This document shows positions 48,229 to 57,104 of a stretch of 64,000 nucleotides of DNA, piece after piece. The position numbers and the translations under genes were made by a program. Origin of the DNA: an uncultured Gemmatimonadaceae bacterium (GTDB lineage Bacteria; Gemmatimonadota; Gemmatimonadetes; Gemmatimonadales; Gemmatimonadaceae). Under the pieces are notes generated by a model that was not told where the DNA came from, did no database searches, and saw nothing but the letters and a program-made list of their open reading frames with translations. The DNA lies in assembly GCA_963740355.1 (NCBI GenBank), contig CAVUDW010000003.1:1664001-1728000 (forward strand). Direction: 5' to 3'. Every line of letters begins with the position of its first letter. The first letter of the stretch is position 1.

Positions 48229-50208
48229 TTACGGGACCACTGGCTTCGGCGGTGTCTGCCCAGGCGGCGTCCACGCATTGTTGGCGCGTGCGATGTCCGG
48301 GATGCGGCTCTCGGGATCGATCTCGACCTTCGCCACCGTCTTGCCGGCGAAGCTGTAGCGGCGCACGTAGCGCACGCTGTTCGTGCTCCAGACTTCCGCC
48401 GGGTACAGATAGTCCTCGGTGCTGCCATCGGTGAAGGTGAAGCGTGCCCGGATCGGCAGCACACCACGTTCACGATTTCCGTACGCCACGATCACGCGGG
48501 TCGTGTCTCCTTCCTTGCGCGTGATCACCGTATCGACGGCCTGGTCGTAGCGCGCATTCTCGACGAACCAGCCGCGCCAGAACCAATCGAGGCGACGACC
48601 GCCCACGTCTTCCATCGTGCGGAAGAAGTCCGCCGGGGTCGGGTGCTTGTACGCCCAGCGACGGATGTAGGTCTTGAACGCATCGTCGAACGCTGCCGGC
48701 CCAAGGATCTCCTGTCGCAGCAGCTGCAGGCCGACGCTCGGCTTCACGTACGCTGAGACACCCAGCAAGCGTGGATCGATGCGATCCGGCGTGGTGACGA
48801 TCGGCCCTTCGATCCCGGCCCGCATCACCTGCTCCACCGTGCCGCGTTCACCCGAGGCGCGCTCCATCTGGTCGCCCTTGGCCGGGTAGCGCCGCGCTTC
48901 CGAGAAGGTGTTGATGAAGGTGTTGAAGCCTTCGTCCTGCCACATGAAGGCGCGTTCGTTGCTGGCCACGATCATCGGGAACCACATGTGTCCGATCTCG
49001 TGCGTCACCACGTTGTACAGGTCGTACACATCCGCGCTCTTGTTCTCCATCGCGATCATCGGGTATTCCATGCCGCTGATCGGGCCTTCGATGGCCGAGA
49101 TGTGCGGCCACGGATACTGGAACCAGCGTTCAGAGTATTCCTGGATCGACATCCGTGACTGATCGGCTGCGTCATGCCAGTTCACTGCGGCGCTGGGGCG
49201 GTAGTACGCGAAAGCGTAGATGCCCTTCCAGCTGGTGCCGTCCCACTGGAACTCCGGCGAGGCGGCCCAGACGGCGTCGCGGACGTTCTTCGCCGCGAAG
49301 CGCCAGGTGAGCATGCCCGTCTTCTTCGGGCGGGCGGCACCGGACTTCAGTTCATCCGCCGTGATGATGCGAATCACCGAGTCGGTATGGGCGGCGTTGC
49401 TGAGGCGCGCCAGCTGGGCATTCGTCAGCACATCGCGCGGATTTTCCAGTGAGCCGGTGGCCGCAACGATGTAGCCAGCCGGCACCGTGATCTCGAGGTT
49501 GTAGTCACCGAAGTCGAGATAGAACTCGCCCTGGCCAAGGTACGGTTCGATGTTCCAGCCGCGCACATCGTCGTACACCGCCACGCGTGGATACCACTGC
49601 GCGATCTCGTAGAGCGACCCTTCACGACCCATGCGATCAGCGCCATGCTCCGGCACCTTGAAGCTGTAGGCCATCTCGATCGTCGCCGTCTTGCCCGGCG
49701 CCAGCGGCTCGGCCAGATCGAGCTTGGTGACCGTCTCGTTCACGCGTGCGGTGAGCGGCACCTTGCGACCGGCGGTCGGTGTGCCAAGGCGCTGCTCGGT
49801 GCGAGTGAAGACGTATCCACCCTCGAAGCCGCGGGCGCCGAAGCGGGAGTCTTCCGGGAAGATGAAGCTGTTGAGCGACTTCGCGCGAAACGCATTCTGC
49901 TCCGTCTGCAGCCAGATGAAGCGCAGCGTGTCGGGCGAATTGTTCGTGTAGCGGAGCGTCATCTCCGTCTTCACGCTGGTGGCCGTGGTATCGAGCGTAG
50001 TGCGCAGCGTGTAGTCGGCGCGGTTCTGCCAGTACTTGTAGCCCGGCGCGCCGCTACCAGCGCGGAATTCGTTCGGGGTTGGCAGCACCAGCGGGGCAAA
50101 GATCGAGGTATCGGTGACTGGACGCGGGGCTGGGCGACCCTGGGCGAACGTCACGGTACTCGGCAGCGCCGCGGCCATCAGCAGCGCGGCGGTGATCCGT
50201 CGGGACAT
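48229..50208 (-). CDS. M1 family metallo-aminopeptidase, secreted
   Basis: GMEYP; HEIGH..DEG; YWQNRADY; signal peptide. Confidence 0.93.
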   Translation of the reverse strand: MSRRITAALLMAAALPSTVTFAQGRPAPRPVTDTSIFAPLVLPTPNEFRAGSGAPGYKYWQNRADYTLRTTLDTTATSVKTEMTLRYTNNSPDTLRFIWLQTEQNAFRAKSLNSFIFPEDSRFGARGFEGGYVFTRTEQRLGTPTAGRKVPLTARVNETVTKLDLAEPLAPGKTATIEMAYSFKVPEHGADRMGREGSLYEIAQWYPRVAVYDDVRGWNIEPYLGQGEFYLDFGDYNLEITVPAGYIVAATGSLENPRDVLTNAQLARLSNAAHTDSVIRIITADELKSGAARPKKTGMLTWRFAAKNVRDAVWAASPEFQWDGTSWKGIYAFAYYRPSAAVNWHDAADQSRMSIQEYSERWFQYPWPHISAIEGPISGMEYPMIAMENKSADVYDLYNVVTHEIGHMWFPMIVASNERAFMWQDEGFNTFINTFSEARRYPAKGDQMERASGERGTVEQVMRAGIEGPIVTTPDRIDPRLLGVSAYVKPSVGLQLLRQEILGPAAFDDAFKTYIRRWAYKHPTPADFFRTMEDVGGRRLDWFWRGWFVENARYDQAVDTVITRKEGDTTRVIVAYGNRERGVLPIRARFTFTDGSTEDYLYPAEVWSTNSVRYVRRYSFAGKTVAKVEIDPESRIPDIARANNAWTPPGQTPPKPVVP

Positions 50209-50299
50209 GGAGGACTGGGTTGGTGAAAGTCAGGTGCGCGAATGCGCCGCGGAAGTAAAACACCGGGCGGGGGTGTTTGGCTCCTTCGGCGCATCGCCT

Positions 50300-50684
50300 G
50301 CTACGCCGCCTGCACTTTCAGCCACAGCCCAACGCCGATCACAAGCCATCCCACCAGCCGTCTCAAACCGCGTGTGTCCTGCGCCAGTCACTCGAATGCG
50401 ATTGCCGCGGTGATGACGAACATCTCCGGCACTTGAGACATGCCGATCACTATCATCGCCACCGGCTCCGCTCAGCGGCTCGCGTACTCGTCGTGCCGGC
50501 GCCACCACACACCCTGTTCATTGCGGCCTGACGGCGCGCGGTCCAGCCACTGGTACACGCCCCACAGCGCATCGAGGCCGCGTGCGTAAGTGGAGTAGGT
50601 GTGGTACATGACACCATCATCCAGTACGAATGCACTCATGCCCGGCCGCTCGCGTGTGTAGGTCGGCACGTCAGCGCCCTTCAT
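50300..50684 (-). pseudogene. Remnants of DUF899 (C-terminus) and a DUF2182-like C-terminus
   Basis: PGMSAF..YHTYSTYARGLDALWGVYQWLDRAPSGRNE..WWRRHDEY lacks its N-terminus. A second fragment MFVITAAIAFE*LA..RRLVGWLVIGVG has an internal stop. Confidence 0.65.
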
Positions 50685-50815
50685 GGCTGCGATGTCCCCG
50701 AACCACGATCGCGAGCTGACCCGACTCTCACCCGATCCACCGAGATGAGTGCACTGTCACCGAAATTCCCGATATTCCGGCGCGCGGTGTTGACTTACAA
50801 CGCAGGACACAGCGA

Positions 50816-50852
50816 AGCCGCCGGCCACCGTCCGATCCGGTGGCCGGCGGCT
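50816..50852. terminator. Perfect 15-bp hairpin downstream of the Rhs orphan array
   Basis: agccgccggccaccg / cggtggccggcggct with a 7-nt loop; no clear U-tract. Confidence 0.45.
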
Positions 50853-50975
50853 CGGTGCTACGCGCGCTCTTTCATAACGTGCGACGGTGCGGCTCCGGCG
50901 ATCCGGGCGAGGCGTGGTGACACGTCCCACCGCGGCCTAGTTGAGACTTGAGCGCACCATCGTCCCTGTTTTCCT

Positions 50976-51329
50976 CTATTGCAGCAGAGTGAGCCTCGCA
51001 CGGCGTTCAGCGAGACGTCTGTCGAGCGCAGCCTTGTTGTACGGCGCGACCGTCTCTGCTCCCTCTTCGTCCCAGTAACAAACGACTACGCAGTACCCCT
51101 GCCGGTCGAGCCCCGGAGAGTCGTCCAGCCAGACCACGTGTGGCTCTGAAACGCGACCCTCGGTGAGGCTGTCGACACGACGACGGAGGTCCGGCGACGA
51201 CGCACAGATCACTCGGAGCGGCTGCCAGCTGTACTTCTGACCGAAGAACAGCGTCGCCAGACCCTCTTCGTAACGCGGATCAGACAGCAGGTCGGCGAAT
51301 ACCGATAACATCTGGTCGGTGCGGTCCAT
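50976..51329 (-). CDS. Putative immunity protein for Rhs orphan 1
   Basis: Small ORF starting 16 nt after the orphan toxin stop. Confidence 0.6.
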   Translation of the reverse strand: MDRTDQMLSVFADLLSDPRYEEGLATLFFGQKYSWQPLRVICASSPDLRRRVDSLTEGRVSEPHVVWLDDSPGLDRQGYCVVVCYWDEEGAETVAPYNKAALDRRLAERRARLTLLQ

Positions 51330-51345
51330 AGTCGGCGGTAAGGGA

Positions 51346-52437
51346 TTACCGGAAAAGCGCCTTGAACGCCTCGAACTCCTGAGATGTCGCGGGCCGAAGT
51401 ATACCGTCACGGAGTCGCTGGAGATGAGCGGCGCTCGATCTCACGACCGCCGTCAAATGCTCGCCGTTGCTCTCGAAGACTTGTTCTCTCCCACGACCTC
51501 CACGGACGACGATCCGACCGTTTTCCTGAACGAAGACGTCCGACTCACGCGCTCTTTGGACGTCGCCTGAACCTTCACGAACCGGCCGCCCCTCAGCAGC
51601 TCGTCGGCGCGCATGATCCGACTTTGAAAAGAATGCGTTGTCAACGATTTCGCCAACGATCGCTCCGGCAGTCGCCCCCGCCCCTGCCCCTGCCAGGGCC
51701 CCGGCTGGCGAGGCCAATAGGGCACCAGGTCCCGTAAACAAACCTGCGCCACCGCCGGCCACGAATCCAATGTCGGTGCCGGCGGCAATGAGCGTCGCCT
51801 TGATCCAATGGCAGAGCGGTTTGTCATCCGGGCACAATCCGAAGGGATCCGAGAAGTTGACCGGATCCCCCGTGGCATAGCCATACCCGTTCACCCCACC
51901 CGCCAGCCCGATCGGATCCGGTTGCGTAAACCGGCCCGACGCCGGATCCAGATACCGCGCCCGCCGGAACGACAACCCGTTCCCTTCCCGCTTGTCCTCG
52001 ACCAACGCGCCATTCCATGCCAACGACTGGCCCGCATTCGACACGCCATTGGCATGCCACACATCCGTCCACGCCATCGGGTACGTGCACCGCGTCTCAG
52101 CCTGCGCCGTCGTTTCGCACGGCCACAGCCCGCCATCCAGCACCGACCCGAGCGCGGGCTCCGCGCGTAAATCCCAGAGCGGATACAGCGCGAACGGCTG
52201 GAATGTCCGGAAGCCCCACCGCACCACCGGGCTGCTGTTCGGCTTGTAGGGATTATCGCGATAGTGCACGCGCAGGACGACCAGCGGCTTGTCCAGCGCG
52301 CCGCCCTCATACACATAGCCGACGCGGCCGAAGAACGGGCTGACGTCGAACTGCATCGTCGGGTCCGAGCTCTTGACCGCGATCGGGATCTGCACGACGG
52401 CCGTGTCATTCTCGCCCCAGCCCGCGGAATCGGGCAT
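51346..52437 (-). CDS. Orphan Rhs module 1 (core end plus distinct C-terminal toxin)
   Basis: RARYLDPASGRFTQPDPIG..DPVNFSDPFGL; ~600 bp near-identical to the main rhs core; toxin tip SDHARRRAAEGR... Confidence 0.85.
   Translation of the reverse strand: MPDSAGWGENDTAVVQIPIAVKSSDPTMQFDVSPFFGRVGYVYEGGALDKPLVVLRVHYRDNPYKPNSSPVVRWGFRTFQPFALYPLWDLRAEPALGSVLDGGLWPCETTAQAETRCTYPMAWTDVWHANGVSNAGQSLAWNGALVEDKREGNGLSFRRARYLDPASGRFTQPDPIGLAGGVNGYGYATGDPVNFSDPFGLCPDDKPLCHWIKATLIAAGTDIGFVAGGGAGLFTGPGALLASPAGALAGAGAGATAGAIVGEIVDNAFFSKSDHARRRAAEGRPVREGSGDVQRARESDVFVQENGRIVVRGGRGREQVFESNGEHLTAVVRSSAAHLQRLRDGILRPATSQEFEAFKALFR
51833..52437. repeat. ~605-bp direct repeat of the rhs core (copy of 57583-58187)
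   Basis: Colinear at offset 5750 with scattered, mostly synonymous changes. Confidence 0.92.
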
Positions 52438-52796
52438 GCAGCCGACCGGAATTCTCTGCCGGCGCCGGAGAGTCGCGATCGCGGCAGCGATCGTTAGAGG
52501 TACATAAAGCGACTAACTACACGTGCCCGTCAAACGGAACCAGGTGCCACCTGCCTGTCAGTGCCGCGCGACGTTACTTGCCTTCGGTCGATGGCGAGTT
52601 GTGGCACGGCAGTCGGGAAGGTGAGGAGAGCGATGTGCGGCGCATCGATCCTCAATCAGGCGAGGTATTAGAGCGGCCCGAACTGCCGGCTGGGATGGGG
52701 GTGTCCGGTCTCGAGTCGGATGGTGCCGAGCGGCTTTTCTGCGGTGGTGGACCGAGTGACACGGTGCGCGCGATTCGGCGGCCGCGGAGGGGGTGA
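52438..52796 (+). pseudogene. Gene remnant (glutamine-cyclotransferase-like propeller C-terminus); diverged copy of 62037-62404
   Basis: DGELWHG..EGEESDVRRIDPQSGEVLE..GVSGLESDG..FCGGG..VRAIRRP without an N-terminus. Confidence 0.6.
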
Positions 52797-52798
52797 GG

Positions 52799-53443
52799 CT
52801 ACTTGAGCTGCAGGCGCGCCTCCTGCTTCCAATTCTCGGCATGGGCAGAGCCGGTCAGGACCTCGTTCATGTAGGTGTTCATGATCCCGTACTGGGTTTC
52901 AATGTACGGTTCCGCGTTGACTAGGCGCTCGAGGGAACGACGACTTCCGTCACGGTCGCCGACCTGCGCAAGTGTCTGTGCGAGTGAACGCCAAGCACGA
53001 AGGTTTCCAGGCTGCACATCGAGCGCCAACCGCAGGTCGTGAATGGCACCCGAATCCTGATTGAGCCCGGCTCTTACGAGGTGGGCATATGCGTGCATTG
53101 GCTCGAGGCGGAGGGCTCTAGTGAGGGATTCGTCGGCCGCGGCCCTGTGACTCTCGACGATTGCCCGCACGTACCCGAGCCAGAAGTGCGCGTCCGCACT
53201 CTCCTCAGATCGTTGGGCAAGTTCGCGAAAGATACGAGGTGCATCCTCGTAGTAGGCTGTGTCGTTCGTGTCGTTCAGGAAGCAGACGAAGCCTAGCTCG
53301 CGCAGCCAACGATTCGCGTGCTGCGCGTCTGCAAGGCGAAGCCGACACAACTCAGCAGCCTCCTCAAACCGTCCTGTATCAACCAGCGCTTCGAGACGCT
53401 TCTCGTCGCTCTCCATTTGCGGCGATGTCACCTGACGATCCAT
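52799..53443 (-). CDS. TPR-repeat protein (orphan immunity candidate)
   Basis: TPR-like ADAHFWLGYV and AWRSLAQTLAQVGD; lies inside the Rhs orphan array. Confidence 0.65.
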   Translation of the reverse strand: MDRQVTSPQMESDEKRLEALVDTGRFEEAAELCRLRLADAQHANRWLRELGFVCFLNDTNDTAYYEDAPRIFRELAQRSEESADAHFWLGYVRAIVESHRAAADESLTRALRLEPMHAYAHLVRAGLNQDSGAIHDLRLALDVQPGNLRAWRSLAQTLAQVGDRDGSRRSLERLVNAEPYIETQYGIMNTYMNEVLTGSAHAENWKQEARLQLK

Positions 53444-53582
53444 GAGTTCGAAAGCTCGTGAACGCCGTCCCGCTCAAAGACCTTTTCCACAACGTTGAGC
53501 CCATTCACAACTTGCGACCTCAGAGTTGCGACTTGAGCGCAACTTCTCCCGTTAGCTACCTAGCGCTGGCTTTGTAGGACAT

Positions 53583-53918
53583 TCAGCGTTCGGGCGAACT
53601 TCCTTCGGTCAAGTCAAGCTCTACTCGAAAACTCCCATCCGCATTCTGCGTGGGCTTACGATTTTCCACAGCCTCCGCCTGAGCATGCAATTCAGAGTGG
53701 ATATCTCGCATGTCGCTCCACGCCCGACTGTTATGTACGAGATCCTTAGCCATGTTCATCGGAACCCCTAGAACCTCGCGAACCACCTTCATCGACTGGA
53801 TTATGGATGGAGATTTCTCGCGAAGTGCTTCAAGAACCTCCTGTATGTCATCCCCGCGACCAAGCATGAGGCGCGCGAGCTCTACCATTGCAGGGTACAT
53901 CGCCAACTGCTCATCCAT
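53583..53918 (-). CDS. Putative immunity protein for Rhs orphan 2
   Basis: ATG 7 nt after the toxin stop with RBS gagg; lower GC. Confidence 0.7.
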   Translation of the reverse strand: MDEQLAMYPAMVELARLMLGRGDDIQEVLEALREKSPSIIQSMKVVREVLGVPMNMAKDLVHNSRAWSDMRDIHSELHAQAEAVENRKPTQNADGSFRVELDLTEGSSPER

Positions 53919-53925
53919 TGCTGCC

Positions 53926-54475
53926 TCATCGGTTTAGATCGATCACCTGCTGGCTTATTTTACCCGCGTTTGCCCCAGAGGTACGGTGAAAGTTTACGAT
54001 GACCTTATCATACCCCGCCGCTCGCGCAGCATCAGCGACGCCGCGGAATCCAGCTCGCATGGCGGCGACCCCAGACTGCAACTTCCTCGCATTGTCTGGG
54101 TAGACGAGGAAGTTGTTTAGCGTCAGAGTCGTGCCGTTCGTCATGGCTTCCCCGAATACCCTGACCGTTCCAGCGCCCGTTTCAAACGTTCGCTCAAAGT
54201 CTCCATTCGCAATTCGACCAGCGGCGGCGCCGATAGCCGCAGCAGGGGCCGCTCGTAGGCCCAGCGTCGTGATCGCCGCCCCGCCGCCAAAAAAGGTGCT
54301 GACAATCGCGCCAATTGTGCCGCCAACTGCGCTGAGCGCAGCGAACGCTCCAACGCTTTGGTTGATTGCCGGAGCCATTCGGCCGAGCTGCACGAGCGCA
54401 CCGATCTTGCCTGGACAGTCGTTCGGGTTGTCGTCCTGCGGCGGGCATAACCCTAACGGATCCGAATAATTCACA
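53926..54475 (-). pseudogene. Orphan Rhs C-terminal toxin 2 (no native start; abuts the IS110)
   Basis: Begins VNYSDPLGLCPP (Rhs cleavage motif), then a hydrophobic linker and a unique tip. Confidence 0.8.
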
Positions 54476-54477
54476 CG

Positions 54478-56505
54478 TCTACCCGCAGATCGTACGTTCT
54501 GGTCGGCCCTGATCTCAGGGCCGGCAGCGGACGGCGAGCGGCGGTCGGGAGCGATCACGGCCGGCGCCACGCGCCCGTCGCCGTCATGCTCCGCGCGGCC
54601 ACGCCGGCCGCCGCGACCACCCTCTGCCCGCGAGGTCGGTCATGACTCCACGCGTTCCCCCTGCGGCGCCCGTGCCGACGCCGTCAGCACGCCCCGCGCG
54701 CGACCGGGTGCCCTTCGTTTCTGTCCCGCGGAAGCGCCCGGCGGAACTCGCTGACGACAAGCGACTCGCGGCCCGGCAGTACCCCGTGCACGTGGGCGTC
54801 GACACCGGCAAGACGTTTCACAAGCTGGTCGCCCTGGGGCCGGACGGCCGCCGCACGACGGCGCTCCGCGTGGACGTGTCGCGCGCCGGCTTCGAGGCCG
54901 CCGACGCGTACCTCACGACGACCTTCCCCGACGTGCCCCGCACGCAGATGCTCGTCGCCCTCGAGTTCGCGGGGCATCAAGGCTTCACGTTCGCGCACTT
55001 CCTGGCGCGGCGGGGCTACGCGGTCGTCAGCGTGCTGCCGGCCGTCACCAAGGCGCTCAAGCAGGTCGAGGACAACAGCCCGCAGAAGGACGACGCCAAG
55101 GACGCCGCGCAGATCTGCCGCACGGTCGGCCAGGGCTACTACGTGGCGTTCCCGCTCCTCGACGACCGCGGCGCCGCGCTGCGGACGCTGGCCACCGAAC
55201 GGCATCGGCTCAGCGTCGAGGAGACGCGGCTCGTCAATCGACTGCATGCGGCGCTCGACCTCGCGTGGCCGGAGTTCGCGGGGCAGTTCTCCGACCTCGC
55301 GATGAAGACGCCGCTGGCGGTACTCGCGCGCTGGCCCGTGCCTGCCGATCTCGCGCAAGCGGCACCGCGCACCGTCGGGCGCGTGGTGAAGGCGGCTTCC
55401 CGCAATCACATCGGGCAGGCGCGCATTCAGGCGCTCCTCGCCTCGGCGCATGCGACCGTCGCCGTGCAGACCGGCACGAGTGCGCGACGAGCCGAGATGC
55501 AGCGAGTCCTCGCGCGCTGGGCGCTGCTGCGCGAGCACACCGACGCGGTCGAGGCCGAACTCGCGGTGTTGGTCGACGCGCACCCCGCCGCGCGGGCGCT
55601 GACCACCGTCCCCGGCGTGGGCGTCGTCTGCGCAGCGACACTGGTGGCGGAGCTGGGCGATCCGGCGTGGTACGACTGCCCGCGCCAAGTCGTGAAGCTC
55701 GCCGGGATGACGCTCGCGACCCGGGAGAGCGGCACCTCCATTCGCGGCCGCTCGCGGCAGACGAAGCACGGACGCCCGTTGCTCCGCCGCCAGCTCTTCC
55801 TGCTGGCGGGCCGCTGGTGCCAGTCCCGGGGCCTCTACCGGACGCAATACCTCGCCTACGTCGCGCGCGGGATGCCGAAGACGGCGGCCGTGTGTGCGGT
55901 CACGCGCAAGCTCGTACCGATGCTGTTTCAGGTCATGCGCACCGAGGTGCCGTTCGACTTGGCGCGCTGGCAGGCGGATCGCCGGCGCGACGCCGCCCCA
56001 CCATCACCAGCGATGGAGGGTTCGACACACCGCACACTGACACCGTAGGCGAGCCGCGCGGAGCGGGAGGCGGGAAAGACCGCCAGTTCAGATCGAGGCA
56101 CACGGCCCTGCACTCCGCGGGCGTGCAGACCTTCGCGTTTCACCCGTCCAGCGCCTCCCGCGGACCCACGATGGCCGGTGAAGACGTTTCGTGCCGAACG
56201 CCCATGCCTTCGCCGTCGCGGGGCAGAGGCTGGAGCACCCAGGAGCTTTGATCGTCGCCCACCGGGTCCCGCACGTCCGCTGCAGTCGCGGCGCTGTTTG
56301 ACAATGGGTCGGCCCCGCAGGCGACGCGCGAAACCGGCGCGTCGCCCGCGGTGGCGCGTCGCGTGGCGAGCGCGTGGCGCGACCAACGATCCCACAGCAT
56401 CATGACTAACCACGCACGCGTGGCCCGGCGCGCACCGCGCCTACCGCAACAGAAGCCCGGCGATCCGGACGGCCCTCGAGGCCCGAATGTCACACTCGGC
56501 TCTAC
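54478..56505 (+). mobile_element. IS110-family insertion sequence (ends approximate)
   Basis: High-GC block with transposase and ~450-bp right non-coding end; TCTAC at both putative ends (54478-54482 and 56501-56505). Confidence 0.7.
54642..56048 (+). CDS. IS110 family transposase/recombinase
   Basis: DEDD RuvC-like VGVDTGKTFH, ALE, KDDAKDA; LTTVPGVGVVCAATLVAELGD; RESGT. Confidence 0.93.
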   Translation: MTPRVPPAAPVPTPSARPARDRVPFVSVPRKRPAELADDKRLAARQYPVHVGVDTGKTFHKLVALGPDGRRTTALRVDVSRAGFEAADAYLTTTFPDVPRTQMLVALEFAGHQGFTFAHFLARRGYAVVSVLPAVTKALKQVEDNSPQKDDAKDAAQICRTVGQGYYVAFPLLDDRGAALRTLATERHRLSVEETRLVNRLHAALDLAWPEFAGQFSDLAMKTPLAVLARWPVPADLAQAAPRTVGRVVKAASRNHIGQARIQALLASAHATVAVQTGTSARRAEMQRVLARWALLREHTDAVEAELAVLVDAHPAARALTTVPGVGVVCAATLVAELGDPAWYDCPRQVVKLAGMTLATRESGTSIRGRSRQTKHGRPLLRRQLFLLAGRWCQSRGLYRTQYLAYVARGMPKTAAVCAVTRKLVPMLFQVMRTEVPFDLARWQADRRRDAAPPSPAMEGSTHRTLTP

Positions 56506-56535
56506 GGTGCGGCACCATCTTCACTGATTCGTCGA

Positions 56536-57096
56536 TTACAGCGAATACACAAAGCTGCCGTCAATCTGCAGACAAGAGGTACTGAGAGACCCAAGAGTCT
56601 CCCGAAGCTGCTCACCTCTGACCGCGAGAAAAACTAAGCAGTCATCATCCTTTGCGCGGAAATACCATTTACCAGGAACCCCAGCTACTTCCACTTCGTC
56701 GAAGCTGGGCGCCGCCCAGCCATCCTTTATCTCTGAAGACGAAAGCGACGATACCGTTGGCTCTCGCGAGCCTGCCGACCACCTCCTCACTTCGAGGAAC
56801 GCGGACGAGAACTGTGATAGACAGGCTGCGATTGCGTCGGGCAGCTCGTGACGCCCTTCAGTCAGCGCGCCGGAGGTACGCGCGGTGTGAAGCGCACGCA
56901 GATCATCGGAGAGGCCCATCAAGTCTCGGAGCTGACGAAAACTACTCACCCTATGATCATGACCCCCAATGTGCAGATACGCATCAGTCAAGAGTACGAA
57001 GTAGGTGAGGTCAGCATTCTCTGGCATGACGTCAGCGACTAGCTGCTTGCGACCTTCACGCTTCACGGGAAATACGAATTCTGAAAACACTTGCAT
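56536..57096 (-). CDS. Putative cognate immunity protein of the main Rhs toxin
   Basis: Starts 8 nt after the rhs stop; lower GC. Confidence 0.7.
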   Translation of the reverse strand: MQVFSEFVFPVKREGRKQLVADVMPENADLTYFVLLTDAYLHIGGHDHRVSSFRQLRDLMGLSDDLRALHTARTSGALTEGRHELPDAIAACLSQFSSAFLEVRRWSAGSREPTVSSLSSSEIKDGWAAPSFDEVEVAGVPGKWYFRAKDDDCLVFLAVRGEQLRETLGSLSTSCLQIDGSFVYSL

Positions 57097-57104
57097 AGAC
57101 TGTG

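Noticed and set aside
50752..50782. Third copy of the imuA/imuB promoter motif (cactgtc...gatattcc)
   Set aside because: Needs gaps and lacks the TTCGGT direct repeat; compatible with chance.
50790..53580. Integron attC sites between the small Rhs-associated genes
   Set aside because: No complementary RYYYAAC/GTTRRRY pairs enclosing a full hairpin and no integron integrase.
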